Positions 9,081 through 16,755 of a DNA stretch of 32,000 bases are shown piece after piece. A model generated the notes under the pieces. That model was not told the origin of the DNA, searched no databases, and saw only the letters and a program-made list of their open reading frames with translations. Position 1 is the first letter of the stretch; each line of letters opens with the position of its first letter. The stretch is from Moraxella nasicaprae. GTDB taxonomy: Bacteria > Pseudomonadota > Gammaproteobacteria > Pseudomonadales > Moraxellaceae. Made by a program: the position numbers and the translations under genes. The DNA lies in assembly GCF_025643275.1 (NCBI RefSeq), contig NZ_CP089977.1, positions 930,001 to 962,000 on the forward strand. Reading direction: 5' to 3'.

Positions 9081-9157
9081 ATTCAATGGCTATTTTTAGT
9101 CAAAATAATCAACTTCTCTTTATTACTCACGGTGCGTACGACCAAATTTTTGGCAAT

Positions 9158-9184
9158 AAAAAACACCCCAAGCGGAGTGTTTTT
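9158..9184 (-). terminator. Intrinsic terminator downstream of mscL
   Basis: The minus-strand RNA ACACUCC-GCUU-GGGGUGU has 7 bp including one U-G pair, followed by UUUUUU. The stem is better on the minus strand than on the plus strand. Confidence 0.65.
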
Positions 9185-9200
9185 GATGAGATTTAAGCAA

Positions 9201-9623
9201 TTATTTGCTTAGTTTTGAGCTAATTTCACGAAGCAATAGCACTTCTTCACTTGGCTCTGCTGGTGCAGCTTCTTCGGTTTTACGCATCTTGTTCATTACT
9301 TTTACTAGCATGAATACAATGATTGCCAAGATTAGGAAGTTGATAACCACAGTAATGAAGTTACCATAAGCAAGCATTGCCACGCCAGCTTCTTTTAGAG
9401 CGGCATATTTGGTTGCATCTACACCTTCTGGCACTGTGCCAAGAATGATGAACATGTTTGAAAAATCGATGTCACCAATGATGGCACCAATCAAAGGCAT
9501 CATGATGTCTTCTACCAAAGAGGTAGTAATTTTACCAAAAGCTGCACCGATGATAACACCGATTGCCAAATCCATCACATTGCCTTTAACTGCAAACTCT
9601 TTAAATTCTTGAACGATACTCAT
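9201..9623 (-). CDS. mscL: Large-conductance mechanosensitive channel MscL
   Basis: [32 protein letters not shown]... matches the E. coli MscL N-terminus ([32 protein letters not shown]). The track ORF starts 18 codons earlier at a GTG that lies inside a hairpin. I chose the ATG at 9621-9623. Confidence 0.9.
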   Translation of the reverse strand: MSIVQEFKEFAVKGNVMDLAIGVIIGAAFGKITTSLVEDIMMPLIGAIIGDIDFSNMFIILGTVPEGVDATKYAALKEAGVAMLAYGNFITVVINFLILAIIVFMLVKVMNKMRKTEEAAPAEPSEEVLLLREISSKLSK

Positions 9624-9645
9624 AATAAATTCTCTTAATTTTGGA

Positions 9646-9682
9646 TAAAAACAAAATAAAAGCACCGCTAGCGGCACTTTTA
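9646..9682 (-). terminator. Terminator-like hairpin plus U-run between typA and mscL
   Basis: The minus-strand RNA is AAAAGUGCCGCUAGCGGUGCUUUU followed by AUUUUGUUUUUAUCC. The palindromic core is CCGCTAGCGG. It ends about 30 nt upstream of the mscL ATG. Confidence 0.45.
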
Positions 9683-9808
9683 TTTGAACAATCTATAATC
9701 AATTATAGGTTATTTATGGCGGGCTATTCTATCACATATTTTTGCCTAGATTGTAGCATTTGATGATAACTGTGTGAAGTTTTGTTAATGCAGTCATCAT
9801 CTAGGCAA

Positions 9809-11653
9809 TCAGTCTTTTTTACGACCCAGACGCTTGCGTTCGTTTTCGGTCAAGTAACGCTTACGAATACGAATAGATTTTGGCGTTACCTCAACAAGCT
9901 CATCATCTTCGATGAATTCTAAGGCTTGCTCCAAAGTATATTCTAAGGCAGGCGTTAGGATAATCGCATCATCTGAACCACTGGCACGAATGTTGGTGAG
10001 TTGTTTTGCCTTGGTAGGATTGACCACCATGTCATCAGAACGAGAGTTGATGCCCACAATCATGCCTTCATAAACTTCAAGCTGTGGTTTGGCAAACAAA
10101 CGACCACGCTCTTGCAAACTAAACAATGCGTACGCCAAGCAAGTGCCTGATACCATTGACACCAAAACACCATTTTGACGCTTGGCAACCGTACCATCTT
10201 TGGTAGGACCATAATGCGAGAAGCTTGATGTCATGATACCTGTACCAGAAGTCATGGTCAAAAATGCCGAGCGAAAACCAATCAAACCACGAGATGGTAC
10301 AGTGGCCTCAATACGGATACGACCTTTGCCGTCCACTTCCATATTGGTCAAATCGCCCTTGCGGTTGCCCATTTCTTGCATGACCGCCCCTTGATGCTGC
10401 TCTTCCACATCAAAAGTCACATTTTCATAAGGCTCACACATCACGCCATCGATTTCTTTCATGATGACTTGTGGGCGAGACACACCAAGCTCAAAGCCTT
10501 CACGACGCATGTTCTCAATCAGTACAGACAGATGTAATTCGCCACGACCTGATACCTTGAACTTTTCTGGGCTGTCAGTGTCTTCAACACGCAAAGCAAC
10601 ATTATGAATCAGTTCACGGTCAAGGCGTTCACGGATATTTCGTGAGGTGACAAACTTACCCTCTTTGCCTGCAAATGGCGAATCATTAACCTGAAAAGTC
10701 ATCGACACGGTCGGCTCATCAACAGAAAGTGCTGGCAATGCCTCCACATTTTGTGGGTCACAAATCGTATCTGAAATGTTCAGTGCGTCAATACCTGTCA
10801 CACAAACGATGTCGCCTGCTTGTGCAAAATCCACATCAACACGCTCTAAGCCATGATAGCCCATGATTTTTAGAATGCGTCCGTTTCGCTTGTTGCCATC
10901 TTTGTCAATCACGGTCACAGGCGTGTTGGTCTTCACAGAACCTCGCTGGATACGACCTACGCCAATCACACCAACAAAGCTGTTATAGTCAAGACTTGAA
11001 ATCTGCATTTGGAATGGACCATCAACATCTACCTTTGGCGGCTCGACAATATCCACAATCGTCTCAAAAAGTGGCGTCATGTCAGATGCCAAGTTATCAG
11101 GTTCACGACCAGCAATGCCGTTGATGCCAGACGCATAGACGATAGGAAAATCCAACTGCTCATCGGTCGCACCCAAGCTATCAAACAAGTCAAATACTTG
11201 GTCAATGACCCAATCAGCACGAGCAGCAGGCTTGTCAATTTTATTGATGATGACAATCGGTTTTAGACCACGAGCAAATGCCTTTTGGGTCACAAAACGA
11301 GTCTGAGGCATTGGGCCTTCTTGGCTGTCCACCAATAGTAGCACGCAGTCCACCATCGACATCACTCGCTCCACTTCGCCACCAAAATCGGCGTGACCTG
11401 GGGTGTCCACGATATTGATACGATATTCAATGCCAGTACGCCCATCGGTCCATTTAATCGCCGTATTCTTAGCAAGAATGGTGATGCCACGCTCGCTTTC
11501 TAGGGCGTTAGAATCCATCACTCGCTCAATCTCGCCTGAACGGTCGCCTAATGCACCAGACTGCTGTAATAGTTTGTCCACCAAAGTGGTTTTACCGTGG
11601 TCAACATGGGCAATGATTGCAATGTTGCGTAAATTCTTAATATCGTTCGACAT
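9809..11653 (-). CDS. typA: Translational GTPase TypA/BipA
   Basis: 614 aa. The N-terminus is NLRNIAIIAHVDHGKTTLVDKLLQQSG, followed by DTPGHADFGGEVERV and NKIDK. Length and domain order are typical of BipA. Confidence 0.95.
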   Translation of the reverse strand: MSNDIKNLRNIAIIAHVDHGKTTLVDKLLQQSGALGDRSGEIERVMDSNALESERGITILAKNTAIKWTDGRTGIEYRINIVDTPGHADFGGEVERVMSMVDCVLLLVDSQEGPMPQTRFVTQKAFARGLKPIVIINKIDKPAARADWVIDQVFDLFDSLGATDEQLDFPIVYASGINGIAGREPDNLASDMTPLFETIVDIVEPPKVDVDGPFQMQISSLDYNSFVGVIGVGRIQRGSVKTNTPVTVIDKDGNKRNGRILKIMGYHGLERVDVDFAQAGDIVCVTGIDALNISDTICDPQNVEALPALSVDEPTVSMTFQVNDSPFAGKEGKFVTSRNIRERLDRELIHNVALRVEDTDSPEKFKVSGRGELHLSVLIENMRREGFELGVSRPQVIMKEIDGVMCEPYENVTFDVEEQHQGAVMQEMGNRKGDLTNMEVDGKGRIRIEATVPSRGLIGFRSAFLTMTSGTGIMTSSFSHYGPTKDGTVAKRQNGVLVSMVSGTCLAYALFSLQERGRLFAKPQLEVYEGMIVGINSRSDDMVVNPTKAKQLTNIRASGSDDAIILTPALEYTLEQALEFIEDDELVEVTPKSIRIRKRYLTENERKRLGRKKD

Positions 11654-11741
11654 AAATACTCAATATAATCTAAAATCTAAAAAATGCGTTGTGCAAATCG
11701 CCATCACATCAGCTTAGCACAAATTTAAATACAAGTTGTCC

Positions 11742-11750
11742 ATTATAACA
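11742..11750 (-). promoter_or_regulatory. Putative extended -10 promoter (TGtTATAAT) for typA
   Basis: The minus strand reads TGTTATAAT about 90 nt upstream of the typA ATG. The -35 is weak. Confidence 0.4.
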
Positions 11751-11840
11751 TATTTCAATGCCATTAGCAGATTTTTATGATGAAAATCTACCAAATCTCC
11801 TCATTTTCGACAAGCAGCCAACCAACAGCAAATCAAAAAC

Positions 11841-11874
11841 AAAAAAAGAACCGCCAAATGACGGTTCTTTTTTT
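11841..11874. terminator. Intrinsic terminator downstream of ompCD (symmetric A-run/T-run)
   Basis: AAAAAAA-GAACCG-ccaaatga-CGGTTC-TTTTTTT lies 26 nt past the ompCD stop. Confidence 0.75.
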
Positions 11875-11899
11875 AAATTCACAGTCTGTCAATCTAGGA

Positions 11900-13213
11900 T
11901 TAACGAACAACCATGTCTTTGGTTTGTTGTACGGTAGAAACCTTGTTACCAGAGATTACTGCGTACACACGACGGTTCATTGCTTTACCTTCGTCAGTAG
12001 TGTTTGGTGCGATTGGGCGATCGAAGCCGTAGCCAGTTGCACTTAGACGGTTAGCAGCGATACCGAACTCGTTAGTTAGCATTGCTTTAACAGCGTTTGC
12101 ACGAGCTTCTGATAGGCGTTGGTTGTAACGAGCATTTGAACGCGCGCTTTCTTTTGAAGCGTGACCTTCGATTGCAGCAGTTGCATTCGGGAATTCACGC
12201 ATCTTCTCAGCTACTTTAGCGATTTCTTCACGGAATTGTGGTTTGATTGCTGATTTGTCGTAGTCGAAGAATACACGCAATTCTAGGCGTAGGTCTTCAC
12301 GAACATCAACATTTACTGGGCAGCCACGAGCATCAACAACAACATTACGTGGAGTGCCTGGGCAAGCGTCTAGGTGATCAGCAACACCGTCTTGGTCAGT
12401 GTCAACGATACGCTCTTCAACAACCACAGGAGCAACAGGAGCAACTACTGGCTCTTCAACAGGAGCAACTACTGGTAGTGCAGGAGCTAGACGACCGCCT
12501 AGGGTTACTTCAAGACCAGCCAATGCTAGACCTTCCCACCATTTGTTGTCAAAGTTGTGAACGGCACGAGCTTCACCACGAAGTGCTAGTGCGTCATTAA
12601 CTAGGTAACGAGCACCTAGACCAACATTACCGATGGTGTCTTTTGATTGAGTAACTTCTGTACCAGCAGCAACAGTTTCGCCTTTGGTTACTACGCCATT
12701 GCTAGCGTCAGCAACATATTGCTCTTTGTTTTCTACTTTGATTTTTGATTGACCAGCACCGATCAATGCATATGGCTTGAATTTGTTTTCAGCTTTGTAG
12801 CCAGTGAACTGCTCCAAACCTACTAGGAAGTTACCGCTGATTTGTTGTTGTTCAGCGTCGAAACGGTTAGCAGAAGATTTGTTTGCAGACCAGTGAGAAG
12901 CTTCTGCGTTAGTGTCAGTCACGCCATATTCTACTTGGAATTGAGTAGATGGAGTTAGTTCAACACCGATTGCAGCACCAGCGTACATGTTGCTTTCTAG
13001 AGCAACGCCACCATTTGCAGGATCAGAAGTGTTAGCATGGTTTTCAGCAGCGGTGTTTAGGTTTTTACCTACTTTTAGAACATCGCGTTGCTCATCATCA
13101 GAACCTGATTCTAGGTAGTGATAACCAATAAGTGGAGTTACAGTAACGCCAGCGTGGGCAGCTACAGAAGTCGCAGCAGCTAGAACTGCCAAAGCGATTT
13201 TATTAAGTTGCAT
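11900..13213 (-). CDS. ompCD: OmpA-family major outer membrane protein, homologue of Moraxella catarrhalis OMP CD
   Basis: Signal peptide MQLNKIALAVLAAATSVAAHAG. Long runs match OMP CD as I recall it (ELTPSTQFQVEYG, NKFKPY..GAGQSKIKV, SKDTIGN.GLGARYLVNDALALRGEARA.HNFDNKWWEGLALAGLEVTLGGRLAP). There is a Pro/Val hinge, a TSP3-like DTDQDGVADHLDACPGTP, and an OmpA_C domain (NRRV). The start is at 13213 with GGAGGA 6 nt upstream. The track start 13249 is rejected. Confidence 0.9.
   Translation of the reverse strand: MQLNKIALAVLAAATSVAAHAGVTVTPLIGYHYLESGSDDEQRDVLKVGKNLNTAAENHANTSDPANGGVALESNMYAGAAIGVELTPSTQFQVEYGVTDTNAEASHWSANKSSANRFDAEQQQISGNFLVGLEQFTGYKAENKFKPYALIGAGQSKIKVENKEQYVADASNGVVTKGETVAAGTEVTQSKDTIGNVGLGARYLVNDALALRGEARAVHNFDNKWWEGLALAGLEVTLGGRLAPALPVVAPVEEPVVAPVAPVVVEERIVDTDQDGVADHLDACPGTPRNVVVDARGCPVNVDVREDLRLELRVFFDYDKSAIKPQFREEIAKVAEKMREFPNATAAIEGHASKESARSNARYNQRLSEARANAVKAMLTNEFGIAANRLSATGYGFDRPIAPNTTDEGKAMNRRVYAVISGNKVSTVQQTKDMVVR
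12433..12475 (-). repeat. In-frame 24-nt tandem repeat in the ompCD hinge
   Basis: The 19-nt string CAACAGGAGCAACTACTGG occurs perfectly at 12433-12451 and 12457-12475 (period 24 nt). It encodes the reiterated PVVAPVEE/PVVAPV hinge. Confidence 0.85.
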
Positions 13214-13276
13214 AAATTCCTCCAAAGGAACGGTTGGGTTAATAATCAAAAATGTAACATAACATTACTGAGGCTT

Positions 13277-13305
13277 ATTCTAGCACAAAAAATCCCCTTT
13301 GCCAA
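13277..13305 (-). promoter_or_regulatory. Strong sigma70-type promoter for ompCD
   Basis: The minus strand reads TTGGCA (13300-13305)-17 nt-TGcTAGAAT (extended -10, 13277-13285), about 65 nt upstream of the ompCD ATG. Confidence 0.55.
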
Positions 13306-13311
13306 CAGGGG
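13286..13311 (-). terminator. Hairpin plus T-run (probable terminator of the pdxJ transcript) overlapping the ompCD -35
   Basis: The minus strand reads CCCCTgttggcaAAGGGG followed by ATTTTTT. It lies about 210 nt downstream of the pdxJ stop. Confidence 0.5.
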
Positions 13312-13520
13312 CAAACTGGGGAAGATATTTGCTAAACTAAGTCAAATATCGGCTAGCTTAACCCCAAAAAGCAGAATTTACAACCTTTTTTTATCAAAAG
13401 CTACATAATATTACACAAAAATTACTATTTTTTACTTTCTAAGTTAAAATTTGATGAATTTTTAGCCAAAATTATCAATAATAGGCTTTGTAGTCATTTT
13501 GTTAAAATAAATCCAACGAT

Positions 13521-14252
13521 TTAATTTTTAAAAGCTTCTTTCATTGCTTTAACCGCTTGGTCAAGACCCATGAACACCGCATCAGCAATCAGGGCATGTC
13601 CAATGTTGAGTTCATGAATACCATCAATCTGAGCAATGGCAGCAACATTATCACGAGTCAAGCCATGTCCTGCATTGATGAGCATGGTTGAATGCTGTTT
13701 GGCATATTGCACGGCGGTTTTGATTCTGTGTAACTCATCATTTCTTTTATCCAGCTCGCCTGCCAAGTCTGCCTCAGCATAGCTGCCTGTGTGCAATTCG
13801 ATGGCATCTGCACGACAAGCAATGGCTGTGTCAATCTGATGAATGTCTGGGTCGATGAATAATGACACCAAAATGCCCGCCGATTGTAGCGTACTGATAA
13901 ACTTGGCAAGATTGGGCAAATTTGCCACATCAAGACCGCCCTCAGTGGTCAGTTCTGCCCGCTTTTCAGGAACCAAACACACCCAAGTAGGCTGAACATC
14001 AAGGGCGATGGCAAGCATTTCATCAGTGACCGCCATCTCCAAATTCATGCGAGTTTTTAGTTTTGGTTTCATCGCATAAACATCAGCATCTTTAATGTGC
14101 CTGCGGTCTTCACGCAAATGTAGCGTAATGCCATCAGCACCCGCCTCTTCACACAACAACGCCCCAGCGATTGGGCATGGATAATTCACACCACGAGCAT
14201 TACGCAAGGTGGCGATGTGGTCAATATTAACACCTAATAATGGTTGGTTCAT
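13521..14252 (-). CDS. pdxJ: Pyridoxine 5'-phosphate synthase PdxJ
   Basis: [28 protein letters not shown] and INAGHGL are seen. I chose the start at MNQPLLGVN (14252) by alignment to E. coli MAELLLGVN. The alternative ATG at 14270 cannot be excluded. Confidence 0.9.
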   Translation of the reverse strand: MNQPLLGVNIDHIATLRNARGVNYPCPIAGALLCEEAGADGITLHLREDRRHIKDADVYAMKPKLKTRMNLEMAVTDEMLAIALDVQPTWVCLVPEKRAELTTEGGLDVANLPNLAKFISTLQSAGILVSLFIDPDIHQIDTAIACRADAIELHTGSYAEADLAGELDKRNDELHRIKTAVQYAKQHSTMLINAGHGLTRDNVAAIAQIDGIHELNIGHALIADAVFMGLDQAVKAMKEAFKN

Positions 14253-14276
14253 CACAATTTTCCAATTCATTGAAGA

Positions 14277-15098
14277 TTAACAGGTTTGATAACGCATACT
14301 TTGTTGCCAAAGTGTACGAGAATGCAAAGGACGGTATTCTAACAGATAATCCATCAGCTCTTTTTGCAACTGCCCAAATTGCTCCAAATGATGCAAATAA
14401 TAAGCAGGTTCATCGCTGGCTTGATTCATGGCGGATAATACCAAGCCCGAATAACGAATCTGACTGACTTTGGCTTTGGCAGATTCTTTGGCAAGGGCGA
14501 TGGCAGAAGAATTTTCTGGAATAAAGCCCATTTCAGGCACAAAACGATACATTGCTTCATCATCAATCCGATTGCCCGACCAGTCCTGCCCAAAATCAAT
14601 CGCCACGCCCAGCTCAACAAACAAAGCTCGCTCAAACTCTCGCAAATACACACGCAGCAGCTGCATCAACTCGCTTCTTGTCAGTTCATCAGCTTTATCC
14701 AGTGTATCAAGATGATGAAATTGACAGATTTTTTGGTGATACGCCTGCCACAACAATGGGCAAGCATTTTCTACCGCCAATAATTTATACAAAATCTCAT
14801 TCATGTACAGCATGGCGTACTGAACACGCCCTGCCCGAATGTTTAGGGTTGGTAGGCTTGCTTGCTGACCAAGATGTGTTTGACAAAATTCATCATCAAA
14901 TCCAAAATGTATCTGACTAAATGTTTTTAGGGAATTTTTGCCTGATGACAACAGACAAATCGGTGCAAATAACGGCAGCCCCCGACTGCCTATGCCATGC
15001 ACCACCCCAAGTTCATAAGAAAAAAACTGATAAATCGCCCTTTTTTCTTGGTAGGGGCGAGAGTGGATAATAAAGCCTGTGAGCGGAGTGGGGGTCAT
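14277..15098 (-). CDS. recO: DNA repair / recombination mediator RecO
   Basis: 273 aa. The N-terminus GFIIHSRPYQEKRAIYQFFSYELGVVHGIG resembles E. coli RecO (AFVLHSRPWSETS...). Its position in the rnc-era-recO-pdxJ block is conserved. Confidence 0.85.
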   Translation of the reverse strand: MTPTPLTGFIIHSRPYQEKRAIYQFFSYELGVVHGIGSRGLPLFAPICLLSSGKNSLKTFSQIHFGFDDEFCQTHLGQQASLPTLNIRAGRVQYAMLYMNEILYKLLAVENACPLLWQAYHQKICQFHHLDTLDKADELTRSELMQLLRVYLREFERALFVELGVAIDFGQDWSGNRIDDEAMYRFVPEMGFIPENSSAIALAKESAKAKVSQIRYSGLVLSAMNQASDEPAYYLHHLEQFGQLQKELMDYLLEYRPLHSRTLWQQSMRYQTC

Positions 15099-15712
15099 TG
15101 TTTGTCGAACACCACTTTTTGATAAATGTCATCAACCCTCAAAGTCAAATTGATACTATCTAATAAAATTTCATCGCCTTGTTTGTACAAGGTATCCGAC
15201 CAGCGTCCAAATTTACCACGCCTGTGAACGGTAATTTGTGCTTTCGTTTGTTCAATCATCAAAATTTCAAAAATAGACGGGCAATTTTTATAACGCACTA
15301 ATTTTTTGATGTCATTTTCATGATTACTAGAAAAAATTTCGCCCACCACCGTTGGGTATTCCAATAAATCTTTGTGAATGCTGTCATTGCACACCACCAA
15401 AATATCAGGCTGTAGGCAATTGTATTCATCAATTTTGCAAGCAATGTCCGAGAAAAAATGGCACGGATACTCATTATTTCTAAAATGATTTTGGAACAAC
15501 CAACTCAAATTATTCATAATCAAATTATGTCTTGGCTTGGTATTTGCCATTGCAATGATTTGCCCATCAATCAATTCAAATCTTTTATCGGGCAAAGCAT
15601 TTGCCATTACCACAAAATCTTGGGCAGTGATTTTTTCTTGGGCAATGTCTTTGCTTTGGCTATGCGATTGATAAAAGCCAACATTAAAAGGCGTAAATAT
15701 CAAAGTATTCAT
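15095..15712 (-). CDS. Uma2-family (DUF820) PD-(D/E)xK putative endonuclease
   Basis: Family hallmarks seen: FELIDGQIIAM, PRHNLIMNNL, QPDILVV, VVGEIFS...DIKKLVRYK, FEILMIEQ, VH.R. AAGGAG lies 7 nt upstream of the ATG at 15712 (the track start 15718 is TTG). The stop TGA overlaps the recO ATG (ATGA at 15095-15098). Confidence 0.8.
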   Translation of the reverse strand: MNTLIFTPFNVGFYQSHSQSKDIAQEKITAQDFVVMANALPDKRFELIDGQIIAMANTKPRHNLIMNNLSWLFQNHFRNNEYPCHFFSDIACKIDEYNCLQPDILVVCNDSIHKDLLEYPTVVGEIFSSNHENDIKKLVRYKNCPSIFEILMIEQTKAQITVHRRGKFGRWSDTLYKQGDEILLDSINLTLRVDDIYQKVVFDKQ

Positions 15713-15738
15713 TATCAATCTCCTTATAAATCAAGCCA

Positions 15739-16728
15739 TTAGTAACCCAAACTAGCGAGCGTCCGCTCATCATCAGACCAACCCTTCTTAACTTTCACCC
15801 ACAAAGTTAGCATTACCTTTCTATCAAACAGCTTTTCCATATCAGCCCTTGCATCTATGCCCACTTGCTTGATTTTTGCTCCCTTTTCGCCGATGACAAT
15901 GCTCTTTTGCCCTGCCCGCTCCACAAAAATCGTGGCATCAATAAAAGTACACGCCTTTCGCCATTTGCCTGTTTCTGGGTCTTTGTGAGCAGGTTCGTCC
16001 TTAAAGGTGTCAATCTGCACGGTCAAATCATACGGCACTTCATCGCCAGATTGACGCATAATTTTTTCACGGATAATCTCACTTGCCAAAAACCGCTCGC
16101 TTCTATCGGTAATCTGCTCTGGGTCAAAAATGGGTGGACGAGTTGGCAAAAAGCCTTTGGCAACTTCCAAAAGCCTGTCCAAATTATGCCCACGCAAGGC
16201 GGAAACAGGCACAATGTCCGCAAATTCAAAACTTTGCGAAAATTCTTCAATATGTGGTAACAACTTGGATTTATCTTTAATGGTATCGGCCTTGTTGATG
16301 ACAAGGACGACAGGCAGGTCGGTATTAGCAAGTTTCTCCAAAGTCAATAAATCATCTTCCACCCATTTTAAGCCGTCCACCACAAACAGCACCAAATCCA
16401 CATCGGATAAGGCAGAGACGGCGGCATTGTTCATTCGCTCGTTGATGGCTCGCACGGTTTTACTGTGAATACCAGGGGTATCGACAAAGACAAATTGGGC
16501 GGTGTCGTCTGTCAAAATGCCGTGAATACGGTGGCGAGTGGTTTGCGGTTTGCGACTGGTGATGGAGAGCTTTTGCCCCAACAGATGATTCATCAAGGTG
16601 GATTTGCCGACATTAGGTCGCCCGACAATCGCCACAAAACCCGAACGAAAGTCTTCCTGTAATGGGTTTGCCTGTTGATTAAAAAATGCTGAAATCGTAT
16701 CTTCGTTGTGTGAATTTTGGTCGCTCAT
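15739..16728 (-). CDS. era: GTPase Era
   Basis: GFVAIVGRPNVGKSTLMN, SRKPQTTR, DTPG, NKAD and a C-terminal KH domain are present. The N-terminal extension is about 28 aa longer than in E. coli. Confidence 0.95.
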   Translation of the reverse strand: MSDQNSHNEDTISAFFNQQANPLQEDFRSGFVAIVGRPNVGKSTLMNHLLGQKLSITSRKPQTTRHRIHGILTDDTAQFVFVDTPGIHSKTVRAINERMNNAAVSALSDVDLVLFVVDGLKWVEDDLLTLEKLANTDLPVVLVINKADTIKDKSKLLPHIEEFSQSFEFADIVPVSALRGHNLDRLLEVAKGFLPTRPPIFDPEQITDRSERFLASEIIREKIMRQSGDEVPYDLTVQIDTFKDEPAHKDPETGKWRKACTFIDATIFVERAGQKSIVIGEKGAKIKQVGIDARADMEKLFDRKVMLTLWVKVKKGWSDDERTLASLGY

Positions 16729-16755
16729 TATCGTATTTTTCCCTCAATCATCGTA

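Noticed and set aside
8404-9200. The possibility that the bor genes mark a prophage remnant.
   Set aside because: No integrase, repressor, lysis or structural phage genes, no att-like repeats and no tRNA flank them. The neighbours are mutM and mscL with ordinary terminators.
9624-9677. Longer N-terminal extensions offered by the ORF track for mscL (9677), ompCD (13249), both bor genes (8712, 9024), Uma2 (15718), rnc (17523) and kpsC (24369).
   Set aside because: These upstream starts are GTG or TTG codons, or lack Shine-Dalgarno sequences. They add residues not found in homologues. In mscL the extension would be encoded by the terminator hairpin itself. Internal ATGs with good SD and homologous N-termini were preferred.
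11769-11793. An inverted repeat, GCAGATTTT-tatgatg-AAAATCTAC, upstream of the typA promoter.
   Set aside because: It is an AT-rich stem with one mismatch, lies in an AT-rich spacer and has no flanking T-run. That is too weak to call as an operator or terminator without conservation data.
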